A stretch of DNA of 61,622 nt, filler included, from Sluysia triapertura (GCA_046118255.1; 5 parts of 5 records of this genome joined end to end with filler, not necessarily neighbours in it), one strand, 5' to 3'. Positions 12,922-27,279 are shown, numbered from the whole stretch's first letter. The notes: generated by a model not told the origin, from the sequence alone. Made by a program: numbers and translations.

Positions 12922-14084
12922 GTATTATTTTAAATCATATCTGTATATATATAAATATTTACCGTATAACATTTTATTGTTTTAATTCCAGAATTATGCG
13001 TAACAAGCCCGAATCCACGAGGAGACAGATTCAGTTGAGCAGGAGCAATAATGAATTTTATCCCCCTTTTATGTTTTATAAAATATTAATAAACGTTTCA
13101 AGTCTTAGTTTACATGTTCATAATTTAAATTTTAATAATGTTGACCCGTCAGCAAAAGTTTTATATAATAAATTTTATTACGAATCAATTTTAAATGTTA
13201 ATAATTCTGGGACAAGCGTCTTCAATGAACGATTTTATCATAACTCGATCTCTAATAAGAGTAAAAACTCGATAAATCTCAGTGATACTCTATCATATCA
13301 CAAAGCCCTCACTATATTATAATGCAAACTTTGCACAACTAAGTCTTTAATACAAAATACAAACATTAATTTGAGTGAATTAGATCCAATAATAAAAATT
13401 TACAAACTTTTTCCACACAAAGAAGAAACAACGAATGTAATATCGTAATTAGACGATATTTCTCGAATTGAAAACGAGTGAATAAGGTGTAATTTTTCAA
13501 ATGTATTCAATTAACGAATTTTATGCTTGAATAGGAACTTATTTCCAATTGTTATAATGTTTAATTTGACTATATAAAATGTGGCTGTGACTAGTCTTGT
13601 ATTCAGCCATATTGATTTGATTAGTTATTGATTGTAACTGATTACATGTACTTTTAATATTAATTAATTTAATTTCTTTACTTTATTTAGATTAATAATA
13701 GGTTTTAAAATAAATTTAATTTTACAATATTATCAAAAGTTTAATATACTTTATGATATCGTCTTATTAAAACGAATTCTTATTTTAAATGATATTAAAT
13801 CAAACATATATAAATTATTTTCAGGTTTAATATTAATTAATTAACAAATTAATTTTTTAATTGAAAATCGATCGAAATATATATGGTTTATTTGCTTTCG
13901 ACAAAATAATGCTTTAATCAATTTTTGTTAATTATTAAATGGTTCAGAAATTATGCACTATTTATTGTACTAAAAATAAGTTAAATACTTTGTTTCATTT
14001 TTGCTGGTTGTTTAGCATTTAATATCACTGAATAAAAGTTTATAACTGTTAACTTTTTAATATTATTTAAGCAACATAATCATC

Positions 14085-14181
14085 ATGAGCATCTTTGCGA
14101 TGTTTTGGATATTATTAAGTAATATTTCTGAGCTTTTATTATTCCTGAATTTAGCTTTAGGTACAAATGTACTGAGTCAAG
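14085..14181 (+). CDS. Candidate first exon encoding a signal peptide
   Basis: MSIFAMFWILLSNISELLLFLNLALGTNVLSQ followed by a consensus donor AAG|GTAAGT (phase 1). Confidence 0.5.
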
Positions 14182-14412
14182 GTAAGTTTCTAAGTTTTAT
14201 ATAAAACATAAAATACAAACAAAATATTTGCAGTTTATTTATTTCTTACATCTTAACACAAGCACGTCTTTAGATAATAATTTTAATTATTATAGAAAAT
14301 CAGTTTGGAATTAAAGCTTTATGTAATTGCAATATTATTTTAAAGTTTAGCAAGATATACCATTATTTCTTTCGTATTATTATTTTTATTTTTATTTTTT
14401 TAATTATTTATT

Positions 14413-14419
<7 letters not shown>

Positions 14420-14468
<49 letters not shown>
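14420..14468. repeat. (ATT)n microsatellite
   Basis: Directly visible. Confidence 0.9.
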
Positions 14469-14470
<2 letters not shown>

Positions 14471-16857
14471 TCGTATTAAAATTCGTATACTTTATTTTTG
14501 TATTAAATATAATCAAAGACGTTTTGAGTCGTAGCACTAACTTTTTCATTGACTGAAAAAGTTATTAGATATGCTTATTTAAATTTATTTTTTGTTTTCT
14601 TTAATTCTGTGTGTTATAAAATAGAAGTAACTATTTTTTGGAATAACTGAAAAATTCATTTTGGGCAGATAAAGCAAAAAGTAGTTGAATGATATAAAGA
14701 GCTTGAGAGCGAAGAGATCTTGGTCTATTAATCGATGTACATATCTTGTACGATGGCCCTAATTTTTTTAATTTGTCCTTTGTGCAGCTTGTGGTAATAA
14801 GCTGTCATTAATTTTATCTTATTTTAAGGCCGTACAAACTATGAACAATTAACCTTTTCTTAAAAACCAATCTGAAAAAACAAAATAACGCAATGAAATA
14901 AATAAATAAATAATGCAATATCAAAACACAATAAAATATAAAACGAATGTCTCATGTTTACACAAAGTGCATAAATGGTCGAATTCTGGAAATCATCTAA
15001 TTGGACTATCCATGATGATGTAATAATGTAGGATTGTGATTCACAATATGATTCGACGAAATATTATCGTGAGTTTTGAAGCCACGATTACTGAGTATTT
15101 TAATGACACTAAGGCAAGCTGTAATATTCGGTTAGGTATTAAAAAGAACGCTATAAATAAATGCATCATCCTCAAATTCATGTCTTGTAAAATAATCTTA
15201 GAAACGGTTTCATTACATTAGACAAAGAATATTGTCTCTCAGGTAAGACTGCGATTGTTTCTCGGATGAAAATACTAGTTTGAAATGAATTTCCTAGCAT
15301 TACAAAAATATTTAGAAGTATCTAATAGCGTCCTATAAGTGCAAGCTAAGCAACAATATCTAACAAAATTTAGTTTATCTTTTACATATAACTTCATGTA
15401 TGGTTTAATGATTACAATTTTGCATTGTGTACCAAAAAACACCTTAGAAGAGTCATTTGTACCGTTATATGTTTGTTTTTAAAAACTCTCGCACAGGTAC
15501 CTCCATGAGCAACCATAATTCTCTAACACATTTAAAGTTTAGTTTATATGTTACGCATAACTTCGTGTATCTTTTAGATAATACAATTCGACATGATGCA
15601 CAACAAAATACTGTATAAAAATAATTTTTTAATTTGTTTAACATTACTTTCAATTTTATTTTCACCAGCAAAATTCCAAATAATATCGATGCATGTCGCA
15701 CATGGTTGCATCAAATTCAAATTGTTCTATGGATATATCATTCTTAAAAATTCCAATGTCGTATATAATGACATATAAATAGTTTTTGAATGAAGACTCA
15801 CAATATGCCTATTTCTGTGTCACTGAATTGTATGTAAAATTTAATCTTTACTTTACCTGGTTGATCTGGTTAATGTAGTTTTTGTACTAAATACATCAAT
15901 CATAAATAACACCAATTGGCATGGTTTTAGTTTCGCATTTTAATCTTAGATATTTTATAGATTTTTGAAATTAAACCTATTGAATTATTTAAAATAATTA
16001 TATGATAATAAAATTAATGATAATAATAAAAATAATAGTAATAATCAAAATAATAAAAATAATAATAGTATTAAGTATAACAATATATAATAATATAATA
16101 GTATAGTGTATTATAAAATAAAATATAAGATTATAATATAAGATTATATAATATTATAATAAATTTAACAATTACTATTAGAAAAGTCAAAATATGAATT
16201 GAGAAAAAATGGTTAAACTTAGAAAATAATTAAAATGTTAAAAGGTGTCTTTTGTTTCAAATTGATTATCATTATCAAATTCATTATTACATTAGAATCA
16301 CATAAATGCTTAGCGTAGAATAATAACACATTCCTACGGAGCTTCCGTTTAATCAGCGGCTTCTCTTATTGCTCTATGCTTTCTGCGTCTTTGGATTTTC
16401 ACACTTTTAAATTATTTCTTTCAAACTACTAAACATTACTACGATATTTTAAATATTTAAATATTTATTTTTATTTTAGATTCAATAAATTTATTTTACA
16501 TTATTTTTGTTGGTATAGTTTATGTGAATAATTTGATTCATAATTATAAACTAATTTAACATCTCATTATCTATCTTTTGATCTTGCAATTACAATTTGA
16601 AACCAACGCACTTTTACAGTAATGATTATAAAATTTGTCCGGTCTAGTATTACCATTATTGATTAAATATTAAAATACGTAGTAAATGCAATATAAATAG
16701 CATAAATCTATGTAGCGCTAATATCTGCCATGATATAATAACTAAAATATCATTTGTCATAGTATTAAGTTTACAAAAAGTTTAAAGCAATGCTTTTTAT
16801 TTATTTTTTGGTGTGCATTCATTCAGTTCACATTGTTTTACTTGACTGCTGTCTCTC

Positions 16858-17283
16858 CCGATCGATGTAGCACTTTATGCAAGGTCGCCAATTTGAGTCA
16901 TTCGATGAAGTTGAAGAAGCATGTCAAGAATCACAAATAAAACACCGAATATTAAGAAATTTAAAAATGCAATAAAGTGAAATAATATTTCTATTGTGCT
17001 AATGCGATATTTCCATGTTAGTTTACATACAACTCAAAGTTTGAATAATGTTATAAAATAATTATTATAAAAATTAATAAATATAATCATAATAACAATA
17101 ATAATAAAACTAGTATCAATATATTAGGCCTTTGACTTATTATTTTTTAGATTCAAAACTGAAATAGTAATGTTTTGACCACATCCGGAAAGCTGACAGA
17201 TCGTTGGAAGAAACAATGATGATCTTTATTTTGAACAAATCATTATTTTAACACTGCGCATGAACTTTTACCTCAACCTGATA
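16858..17283 (+). mobile_element. mariner 3' remnant with right TIR, split by an insertion of about 210 bp
   Basis: RSM*HFMQGRQFESFDEVEEACQE [insertion] FLDSK...KLTDRWKK...DLYFE, then GCGCATGAACTTTTACCTCAACCTGA+TA (mariner-type TIR). Confidence 0.75.
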
Positions 17284-17299
17284 TCTTTGAAATATAGCG

Positions 17300-17660
17300 A
17301 ATTTTGATTTCTTAAATAGTTCATAGTCTTCCAATAATTTGACATTCTCTGGTAGCTGATTGTAGATTTTCGGCACAGACGATATATAGTATGTCAATTA
17401 TCATCGCATGTAAGTTAAATGTATTTAGATTTTGTTTTTGATATTTTATTATTTCTACGAAATCTTTACGATTTTAATAATGTAAGCTTTTGTATATTAT
17501 CATCATGATTTCGAATTCTACTCAAGCATTCTTTGAGATAAAGTGTTGCATGAAATCTCATTTTATAATTAAAAATAATATTTTTGTAACATTCGAGATT
17601 TTCTGTACAGAATTGAGTTGTGGTAATTCGAAACTGTAATACATCACAAAAAATAAATCT
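17300..17660 (-). mobile_element. L2/CR1-type LINE ORF2 C-terminal remnant
   Basis: IIFNYKMRFHATLYLKE resembles I......H.TP.LK.L; VPKIYNQLPENVKLLEDYELFKK resembles AP..WN.LP.........FK. Confidence 0.6.
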
Positions 17661-18011
17661 ACTAAATAAACTCATTCAATTATGCATCACCTTACTCATT
17701 AATACTACCAGCATTATTACTACTATCATTACTACTATTTATGTCTTTACTACTATTTTTATGTTTACTGCTGCTATATTTGTGCTGCATATTTTACTAT
17801 AATTTATGCAAATTATATTCATTATCAGGGTTCGCCTACGATTATCGTTTTATGCTTGGTGCGACGTTCCCATAGGATTTTATTAAGAAGTGTCTGTGAA
17901 AAAACTTTCCTACATAGCTTTACTTAACTATTTATTTTATCATGTTGACCTTTATATCCCATCTTTGATTTGAGTATGAACTTTATATCCTGAATTATGA
18001 TTAAATAATAT

Positions 18012-19086
18012 TGTGGTATATTAATTTATTGATTATTTTATTATGATTATTGATATTATTGATAATATTTGTGTATCAATTTATTGATTATTATTAATTT
18101 TTATTTTACGTGGAATAATCTAAAATTAGTTGCATTGGAATTATTAGATTTATTAATTAATGTAAATTTTAATATTAAATTTATTAAATGTATATTTTAA
18201 TATTTTCAAAATTAATTTAAATTTGTTTTAATAAATAAAATATTTTGTTTTAATCTGGCCAAAGCCAGCTAAATCAATTATAAATAGTTTCAAAATTCAT
18301 TAAACAACACATAAATTTTTAAAACATAATTTTTAACGAAGTTTTGTTAGTTAATCTTTATCAAGCTTTTCTCAGCGAAGTGACAGAGAAATTAATTTTA
18401 AAGGATTCCTGCTAAGAAAATTTTTACTAAATTCCGGTTTTTAATAAATACGTTAGTTTGTTATATTAAGTTACGGATATACAATATATATCATCGCAAA
18501 ATAGACTTAAAATCACTTTTGTAATTATTTCCAAAAATCTTATAATAGATTTTTCGTAAACTAATTAATAAAATATCATCAACTTATTTATTTTATTATA
18601 TTTATCTAGTGTCTAATAAAAATTTTCTAAGCATTCATTTTTTCATTATTAAATTTTATAGTTTTAATTATAAAATTCTCACTGGAGTAAAGCTTTAATC
18701 TATTACAATTTAATTCTAATAAGACAAAATCATTTTTTATAGATCCTTTTCATAGGATATTCGTAAATTACTTTGTAAACTATTTCTATTAATATTTTTG
18801 CAGTTAGATATCTTAATTACTCAAATCTAATACTAGAGACAGCTGGTATTGATTTTCATTTATACCTCCAAATCTTAGCCAAAATTACTAAATTTGAAAT
18901 TAACAGCAAAGTTATTAAGCCAAGAATATCCTAGTAGAACCACTCACACTTTAGAAATTTATTCTAACTTTTACTCAAAAATCTTTTATCCCCAAATCCA
19001 ACAGCTAGCCCTAACTGGTAAGCCTAGTAAATCCTACTAGACTTAAAATCCTACTTTATTCTATCTTATCTCTACATATTCCCACA
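18012..19086. mobile_element. LTR-like repeat, copy 1 (TGTGG...CCACA)
   Basis: Inverted termini; block 18994-19024 is 29/31 identical to 22405-22435 and lies the same distance from a terminal CACA. Confidence 0.55.
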
Positions 19087-20859
19087 ATCGGATAATTTTA
19101 TATATCCTTCTCCCTTTATGTTTCTCTTTTTATATGTTGCAAATTATTTTCTTATAAAAACTTTTCTTAAATTTGCTTTTATATTCTTCTTAATAAATTA
19201 TAATTCTACTTCTCTAGTTAAATTGCAACATTTTTTCTTTAATTTTTTATTCTTTATTTTTACTTTAGCAACGACACCAAAAGTCCCGAGCGCTTACTAC
19301 AAAAACTAAAATATTGTTTACACAAAGCCAAATTTACTGTAAGAAGAAATCACTAATTAATAAGATATATATAACTAATTTATTATTTATATTCGTAATT
19401 CTAAAATAATAAGATAAATAATTGTCTCTATTGAAAATTAGAAGTGATTTAAAGGATTTTAAGTTGATTTAATGTCTCCTAACAGAGACGGAAATTAAAA
19501 AATTTTTCGAGCACCATGATTAATTTGCCGCAATGTAATTAATGTTTAATAACCATTTTGTTTATATCGACATATATCCAACTAATTAATTCATTTATGC
19601 AAATTCGTCGGATGACTAATTAGTCAATTAATAATACTGTCAATGAAACCAAAAATGTTCAACAGCCGATTTGAATATTTCGACCAATAACCAATGAATC
19701 AATAAGTATATTAAATTCAAAAAATCCTTCCATATAACCAACGTAAAAATGAATTTATCAATAGAGTAGGTATAAAATCGAATTCGTAGAAACCTTCCAA
19801 ATTTTGTAGAAATCAACTGTTATCAATGTCTCAATGTAAAACTTTCACAAAATTCTTTATCTAACTTTTTATTTTTCAGGCCTCTGCTACTTTGAATCTA
19901 TGTTTATATATCAAATCAGTTAATTTCGAATTATTATTTATTTAGAATTTATTTTATTAAAAAAAGTAAGATTTAAATGATTTTTATTTGTCTTGTATTC
20001 GGTTTGTTTAATCATTTTAATTTCAAGTAAATCAGAAGAACCATTAATCTTATTTACTTTTAATTATTTCATTTCATTATTATCATCATTAGTAAATTGT
20101 TATTATTTTATAATTTCAGATCATCACATTTGTGTACTCCTTGATACTATATTTAATGTTATTATTATTATCATTATAATTATTTTATTATTAACAATGT
20201 TTCGATATATGTTTGTTTAATCTCAAATCTTATTTTCTAGTGTTTCTCAAATTTTATACTTTACAGTTCTTTTATTGACAATGTAAAACTCATAAAATTG
20301 TAACGTAAAAGTATAAATTTCAACTTGGCGGCTAATGTAAAATTGATAACTTTATCCTTTCCTTCGAAACTATACAACTTATATAATATGACAATAATTT
20401 AATGGTTTAATTTCACATCTTTTTTATGCATTTATCAATTCATTTTATATGGATCACTCAAAGCTTTTTCTCTGTAATTATGTTACTAACTGCTTTCTAA
20501 AATCCAATTATTAAACAAATAACACTTTACCTAGTTCGTTTACTTTTTACCGTCTCTTTCTTATTTAGAATTAAATTCTCACCTTAACTTTATCTTAAAG
20601 GTACAATGACTCCTCGCTTAATTTATTCGATCTTTTATATAAATTTGGAGATTCACTTCAATACTCGTCTTTGTTGAAGTACTAATTAGAGTTTTATGAA
20701 TTATTATTCTAAATCTTTGAGAAGTTTTACTTTTCGATCCCTTAATTCAACAGAACAAATATATGTCAACAAATACAAATAAATGATTAATTTTCAAATC
20801 CATAAACCAAGAATGACGCATCCAAAATTACGTAAATAAATATCAATTTATAGAAGTAA

Positions 20860-21170
20860 AAGACTATTTCCAAAATTGTTCAAAATTCAATATCTCTCTA
20901 AAAATAAAAATTAATAGGGGATTTTCTTAAAAATATTTAACACTTATATTCTTCTAAAAATAAAAATCAAGGAAGTTTCCCCAAAAATTATTTTAAATTG
21001 TAATATAAAATTAAAGGTGAATTTCTTCAAATTTATTAGAAATTCACTTTATCTAAAAATAAAATTTAGAAGAGGACTTTCTCCTAAATAATTTAAATAG
21101 ATATTATTTTCAAAATACAATAAAGCAGGAGTTACTCAAAAATTATTTAAAAATATTTTCTATAAAATAT
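20860..21170. repeat. Degenerate minisatellite, unit about 55 bp, 5-6 units
   Basis: Recurring CTAAAAATAAAA(A/T)T...GGA.TTTC...AAA(A/T)TATTT. Confidence 0.55.
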
Positions 21171-21618
21171 TAATACAAGCATTCAAGATGGCTACCTAAA
21201 TTTGTTATAAATAGAGAAATTTAGGAGAATAAATTTACAACAAAATCATACGAAATTTGGATAATATTTTTTCGACAACTTCAACAAAATTCATAAAATC
21301 CAAACTTCAATAAAGAAGGACCTAAAATTTTTCATGAAATCTTTTTTATTTGTGTACTAGACCTTAAAAGGCTAGCTAAAATCCTTCAATATCAAATTTT
21401 TCTATTACTAAAATTTTATTATTATTGATTTTTATTCAATTATTGAATACGTACATATAAACTATTTTGATGAATTAATATTTTATTCACTTATTGATTT
21501 TTATATTTGATTATTTTTATGTACATAATTTTTTTGGAATTTAATATAAAGTAAAAATAATTTTATTATATTCTTTTTCAATTAAAGAATCTATTAAAAT
21601 ATTTTTAACGGACGTGAT

Positions 21619-22496
21619 TGTGAAAAAAATTATTATTTCAAAAAATATTATTTTAAATTATTACCTTTTTTTGGTTTGTTTTGGTCAGACTAAAACAACT
21701 ATATAAGAAATAAAAAATTAGAACATCACAGACAACAAAATTTAATTTACACATTTCAAAAGTTTTTTAACACATTTCTAACAAGATGTTTGGCCACCAT
21801 TTTTAAATTTTTTGAAGACAGGTAATCATCTAGATCCAATCTCTGTTGAATTTTTCACAATCACGTTAGTTTAATTATAGTAAGATTGATATTTTTATAT
21901 CATTTATGAAATACACTTAAATTATTAAACCTGTTGGGATCATGTAGAAGATCCTGTGAAAAAACCTTTTTTTTCAAATCACATCTAACGTTAAACTAAC
22001 TAAGAATAGTTAGTTTTGGTAAATTTACTATTTTATTTTTTTTATTTACTATTTATATGTATTCCCAATTTTTGTATAATAAAATTTTATTTGTAATTCC
22101 TTAATTAATTAACTTTTATAGCTTTAAAATCTATTATAAACACTTGCTTTCAAGAATCTAGAATTTAACTCTAGCAACGCAAAATCCATACAGCGATTCC
22201 ATATAACGGAATCTACGCAAAATTATTAAATAAATTTCGATTTTCATTTATATTTTAAGAATCTAAATATTTTCTAAATATTACCACGCAAAATTTTCAA
22301 ATAAGGATCTTAGCACTACAATAGACATTAATAAAGTTTACCTCCAGATAGGATTAAGCATTAAGGCTCTGTTAGCATATTTTTGAGACTTATCTTGATT
22401 TATAAAATCCAACGGCTGGCCCTAACTGGTAAGCCCAATACGTTGTGAACTCACTTTAAGTTAAGTTTTTATTCTATTTGCTTTACTTTTCTCACA
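21619..22496. mobile_element. LTR-like repeat, copy 2 (left end uncertain)
   Basis: Shares AAATCCAACRGCTRGCCCTAACTGGTAAGCC and terminal CACA with 18012-19086. Confidence 0.5.
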
Positions 22497-22789
22497 GTAT
22501 TAAAAAAATTTAAAAAATTAACTAAATAAAAACAATTTAAATTTAATTTCAAAACCTTTAACAAACCAGGCTTAAGGCCTATAAAAAGTAGCAATTTAAA
22601 ACGAACAACAAAATTTGACATGTTATTAATATAACAAAATATAACTACTAAAAATCACAACTAAAATCACAATTAAGGAAATTATCTTCAGTTAAAAACA
22701 TATCTGCATTTAAAAGCTTCATATTTTCTACAATTTCTGAACATAATTTTTCAGCACTTAATATTGTAAATTCGATTCCGTCATTTTCA

Positions 22790-23794
22790 CCTGTTGTGAC
22801 AAAATTTTTCTTCGTCTTTTATAAGACATACGAACGTAAATCTAACAATATTTACTATGAAAACCCCATCAAGTCTGCTCGGTTTTAATGTGCATTGCAT
22901 ATCATCAAAATAGAACTGAGGCTTTATTTCAGTATAGTATGTTAAATATTTATTAATAATTACTTCGCCATTTGCCCTTATTTTGGAATCAAGTTTTAAT
23001 GCACAACGAGAACAATTTGATACAATAACTAGGATGAATAAGTAAGGACTTCTTTCATTCATTTAAAGAAAGGTTAGTTACATTATATAATTAAATCAAT
23101 ATGTATAACTTTTTTAATATTTATTTATCTTTAATTTTTAGAATTAGTATCGGCCACACAAAACGTTGATTTCCGCAATAATTCCATTTACTTTAATGTT
23201 TGACTATTTTTACTTTTATTTTTATTTGTCGTATTAGTACTACTATCAAATTGTATCTTACTGTCTGATTTCATTTTTTCTTCGAAAGACCAATTGATAA
23301 TTGACTTAATTCAGCCAATATTTCTCCGTCATATATTTTGCGTATTTATTATTTTCCTTTTTATCACTATGGGGTACTTTCTAAGGTTTTGTAAATCTAC
23401 TTTTAAATATTTCTTAAGCTTCAACTTATTTTCAGTTATGGAATGTATTTTATGTCGTGATCTCATACGGTGAGGTAACGGACTAAGATTTTCTTTATTC
23501 GTTTGTAAAATTTCCGGTACCTTTACTTTTAACGAACCCTATAAACTACTGTGATTACTTTCACGATGAAGTGATTTATGAACATTTATATTCTGATTGA
23601 AAGTATCATCAATATTCCCTACTTTTAAATAAGCAGTTTTATGTTAGATGCATTTTGTGGCACAGTTCTTTTTAATAAATTTTGACGATTATTTAATCCT
23701 TCTGGAGTTAAACGACTTTCCATATAATTTCTACGTACTGAATAATCAGCTAATTCAGTAAATTGTTCAGTGCCAACATATTTTGGATCCAATT
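22790..23794 (-). pseudogene. Disrupted coding-like sequence of unknown origin
   Basis: Successive open stretches (LDPKYVGTEQFTELADYSVRRNYMESRLTPEG...; AYLKVGNIDDTFNQ...) broken by a frameshift and stops. Confidence 0.35.
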
Positions 23795-23894
23795 NNNNNN
23801 NNNNNNNNNNNNNNNNNNNNNNNNNNNNNNNNNNNNNNTTAATTAATTAANNNNNNNNNNNNNNNNNNNNNNNNNNNNNNNNNNNNNNNNNNNN
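23795..23894. other. Artificial assembly spacer
   Basis: N-run + TTAATTAATTAA + N-run, 100 nt. Confidence 0.95.
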
Positions 23895-24803
23895 TCTGGC
23901 TAAAACGTATTTCTCAGTATGTTTTGCATATTTTGATGAAATATTATTTACAACAGAACAGTTAATTTTTGTAATCATTCGTGACACATTAAATTCACTA
24001 AGGTTACCGGTGAATTTTATTTGCTAATTCTTGTAGTTCGTTATTTCTGCCGTTATTTTATTTATTTTAATTGAGTGCGTCAAACAATAATAACAGCTGA
24101 AGTTTTTATTACCACGTGCAGATCTGACAAAACCCAAATTATCAGTAAATCACTACAACAATTTTTTGTCGAGGTGAGTTATTTTACAATCAGGTAATAA
24201 TTTCTAATGCACTTTACCCGATATATTAATTTTTGCATTCCCGATCATGTATTTAATGTTTTTATACAAGCTCTAAAATTAATATGGCAGCAATAAAGAT
24301 CATGCCTCAAATAATTTGTCTGACGATTTATTTTCACCAGCTTATCTAAACGACGCCGAATATTATCAGATAGTGAAACAAGTTCTTCAAGCAGTGATCA
24401 GATAACAGGATTCTTACCATGTAGAAATCGAATTGAATCAGACAGTGAACATGCGCGAATAATCTTAAGATTACATGTTACATATGTATATAAGTAAAAC
24501 TATTTTTGTGTGTTCTATATTGAATTTATTTCTTCAAACCATTTTAGTAACGATAATAATGTAAAAAAAATAAAAGCATTAAAAATTTACTCTAATTATG
24601 TGTTTATAATAATCTTGGCTTCACCAGACCCTCATGGCATTCAACGTGTTAAGCAATTTTGCAACATGATTAGTAGATGCAGGATAAAACGTGTGTGATT
24701 CTGATAAAATGGTAATTTTACCATTGACGAAATTGCGGGAAAATATAACTTTGCAAAATTTTTAAAAACCGAAATAAATTGCATAAATACAATTCATAGT
24801 GAA

Positions 24804-25280
24804 TCCTTTAACTGCCATGAGCGCATTTTTGCGAACATAAATTTATTTGAGAAATTATATAAAATTTATGTGAGAAAAGCCATTAAAAGCTGGTACCACT
24901 TGCGTTAGTGTTAATATCAAAATTAATTAAAAATGTATAATTTTTCATGAATTTTCAATAAAATAGCATAAAATGTGAAAATTGGTAAATTTTGTATTCT
25001 CTATCAAAGTGTAATATAGTGTGGAATGTTCTAAAGCAATCTGCTATCTTCTAACAAAAGTAATAATAACTTCAGACTTTATAATATTTTCACTTATTTT
25101 ATTTGACTCAAATATTTTTCTCACAAAATGGTGGTACTTTATTGAAATAACTTTGTGCACACACTTTAAAAACAGAAACGATTACGCAAAACATTGTCCT
25201 TATTTAATCCTGTAAAAAATATGTAACATGACCTGTTTAAGCCTGATAAACTTGCAGAAATACGAGCAGCGGTAAAGGGA
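24804..25280. mobile_element. piggyBac-like MITE
   Basis: Left tgaa|TCCTTTAACTGC and right GCGGTAAAGGGA|ttaa form an imperfect TIR (9/12) with a TTAA-like target. Confidence 0.45.
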
Positions 25281-25483
25281 TTAAACGAATACATTTGAAT
25301 TAATTTCAGATTCGTGCACAATTATTTAAACTATAAAATCATTTGAACTTTTATGATTAACCACTGATGTCTGATATTTTATAATTTAATTTAATAGCTT
25401 AAACTGTTTTTAACGAATCAAAATTTGATCATTTTGTGTTATAATTAATCAGTTTTGTTTTTCAAAATTTTAATTTTATTCAG

Positions 25484-25560
25484 ATAAATATAGCATGTCG
25501 TATTTGGCTGTCCAGTTGAATGAATTTTCTGTTTTATTGAGATTTGCAGATTTCATTGAT
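25484..25560 (+). CDS. Candidate small exon, unknown protein
   Basis: ttttattcag acceptor, gtaagt donor, single open frame KYSMSYLAVQLNEFSVLLRFADFID. Confidence 0.4.
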
Positions 25561-26125
25561 GTAAGTTAAGTTGTTTTTTACGTATATATATTATAATTAT
25601 TGGGAAGTTTCTATTGGACAGTTGATTTTTATAAATACACATTCTTAGATGCACGAGGCTGACAGTACAGAAGCTTGATTTACTCATTATAGCAAGTTCC
25701 AGCATTCTGCCAAAAAGTAATTCAAATATTTCGAATAAAATTCATCGAATAAGATTTTCGATGAAACCATACAGAAATTGCTAAAATTGTATCACCGCAG
25801 CAATAAATGGATAGTACACCGTGTAAACATCAAATTCTTGTATCATAACAAGTCATTTGTTTTAAACCCTTTAAACTTTTTGAAAGAAAAACGACAAAAT
25901 GATCAATTTTTTCTCTTTAAGAAAACACATTTTGGAATTTTGTTTTGGCAAAAAATACAAAAAACAATCAAAATTTTAATTATAATTTTTGATTACGATC
26001 CACATTGTAGATAAGAGTCGAATATTGCAATCTTGTTCGTACATCGACTTTAATTATCCATTGGAATTGGTGTTTCGATAAAACATTTTTAGCATTAAAT
26101 ATATTCATTTGTACTTGTAAACAGA

Positions 26126-26185
<60 letters not shown>
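26126..26185. repeat. (AAT)n microsatellite
   Basis: Directly visible. Confidence 0.95.
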
Positions 26186-27279
26186 TTGAAAATGAGAAAA
26201 CATACGCAATTTTATTTTCTGCAATCACAAAATTATCTATAAAGATACGCTTATATTTGCAAGTTTACCACAGTTAGGTTAATATTGAACTAAATAATTA
26301 TATAGAACTTCGAGAAACAAGAATATTTGAAATTTCATGACTAAGATATAAGAAACAATGGTTTTTACATAAAATTCATAATAAATATCAATAAAACAAT
26401 CCTGCTCGAATTAACTCGAACTTGCACGTTTAAGGGTTTATTATCTAGACAGCAGATCGATTTATATTCACTGATCTGTAAGGAGAAGTCCTGGAATCTA
26501 ATTCTATCATAATAAGGTCAAGTAGATTTATTATTTGACATTCCGATTCAACGCAAAATGGTTCAGTTTGATTTGTATCGTAAATATTTGTTTTAAATAT
26601 TGTTTTTCTTTGATATTGTTTCTAAAGCTCTGATATAACTAACTGTTTTTCATTGAATTCAATTCATATTCTGCCAAATGGACGAGAAATATCAAATTTT
26701 AGTCTTTATAATCGCCTGTTGCACAAATTTCATTTTCGTTAATTTCTTCGTTAACCCTTTTTGCCTAATTCTTGAAGCCGCATCCAAATTAACATCAATA
26801 TTTAAACAATATTTGATCAGTTTCGATTTCAAAAACAATAACAGTAGACTTTCCAGGAAGTTTGTCTTGGAACTTACAATTTATTTTATTAAATATTACA
26901 AGATTCATAAAATTCGGANNNNNNNNNNNNNNNNNNNNNNNNNNNNNNNNNNNNNNNNNNNNNNNNNNNNNNNNNNNNNNNNNNNNNNNNNNNNNNNNNN
27001 NNNNNNNNNNNNNNNNNNNNNNNNNNNNNNNNNNNNNNNNNNNNNNNNNNNNNNTGGTCGCATTTGACAGGTTCGACGAAATGCGTTGTTTAGTTCTAAA
27101 ATTGTTGGGTATTGGATCACACGAGATAATTCATTGTAAGATTCATTTTATTTAAAATGATGTATCAATTAAATATTGTGGTAATAATTAAGATTATTTA
27201 AAAGTTATTTTAACACATTCTATGCGGGCTATTTTAACCCAGTCCAAGCTGAAAAGAGGGCAATTTTTGAACATTTGCG

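Noticed and set aside
14980-15900. Possible Polinton polymerase remnant
   Set aside because: Only vague fragments (CATC, NFAGEN); no diagnostic motif.
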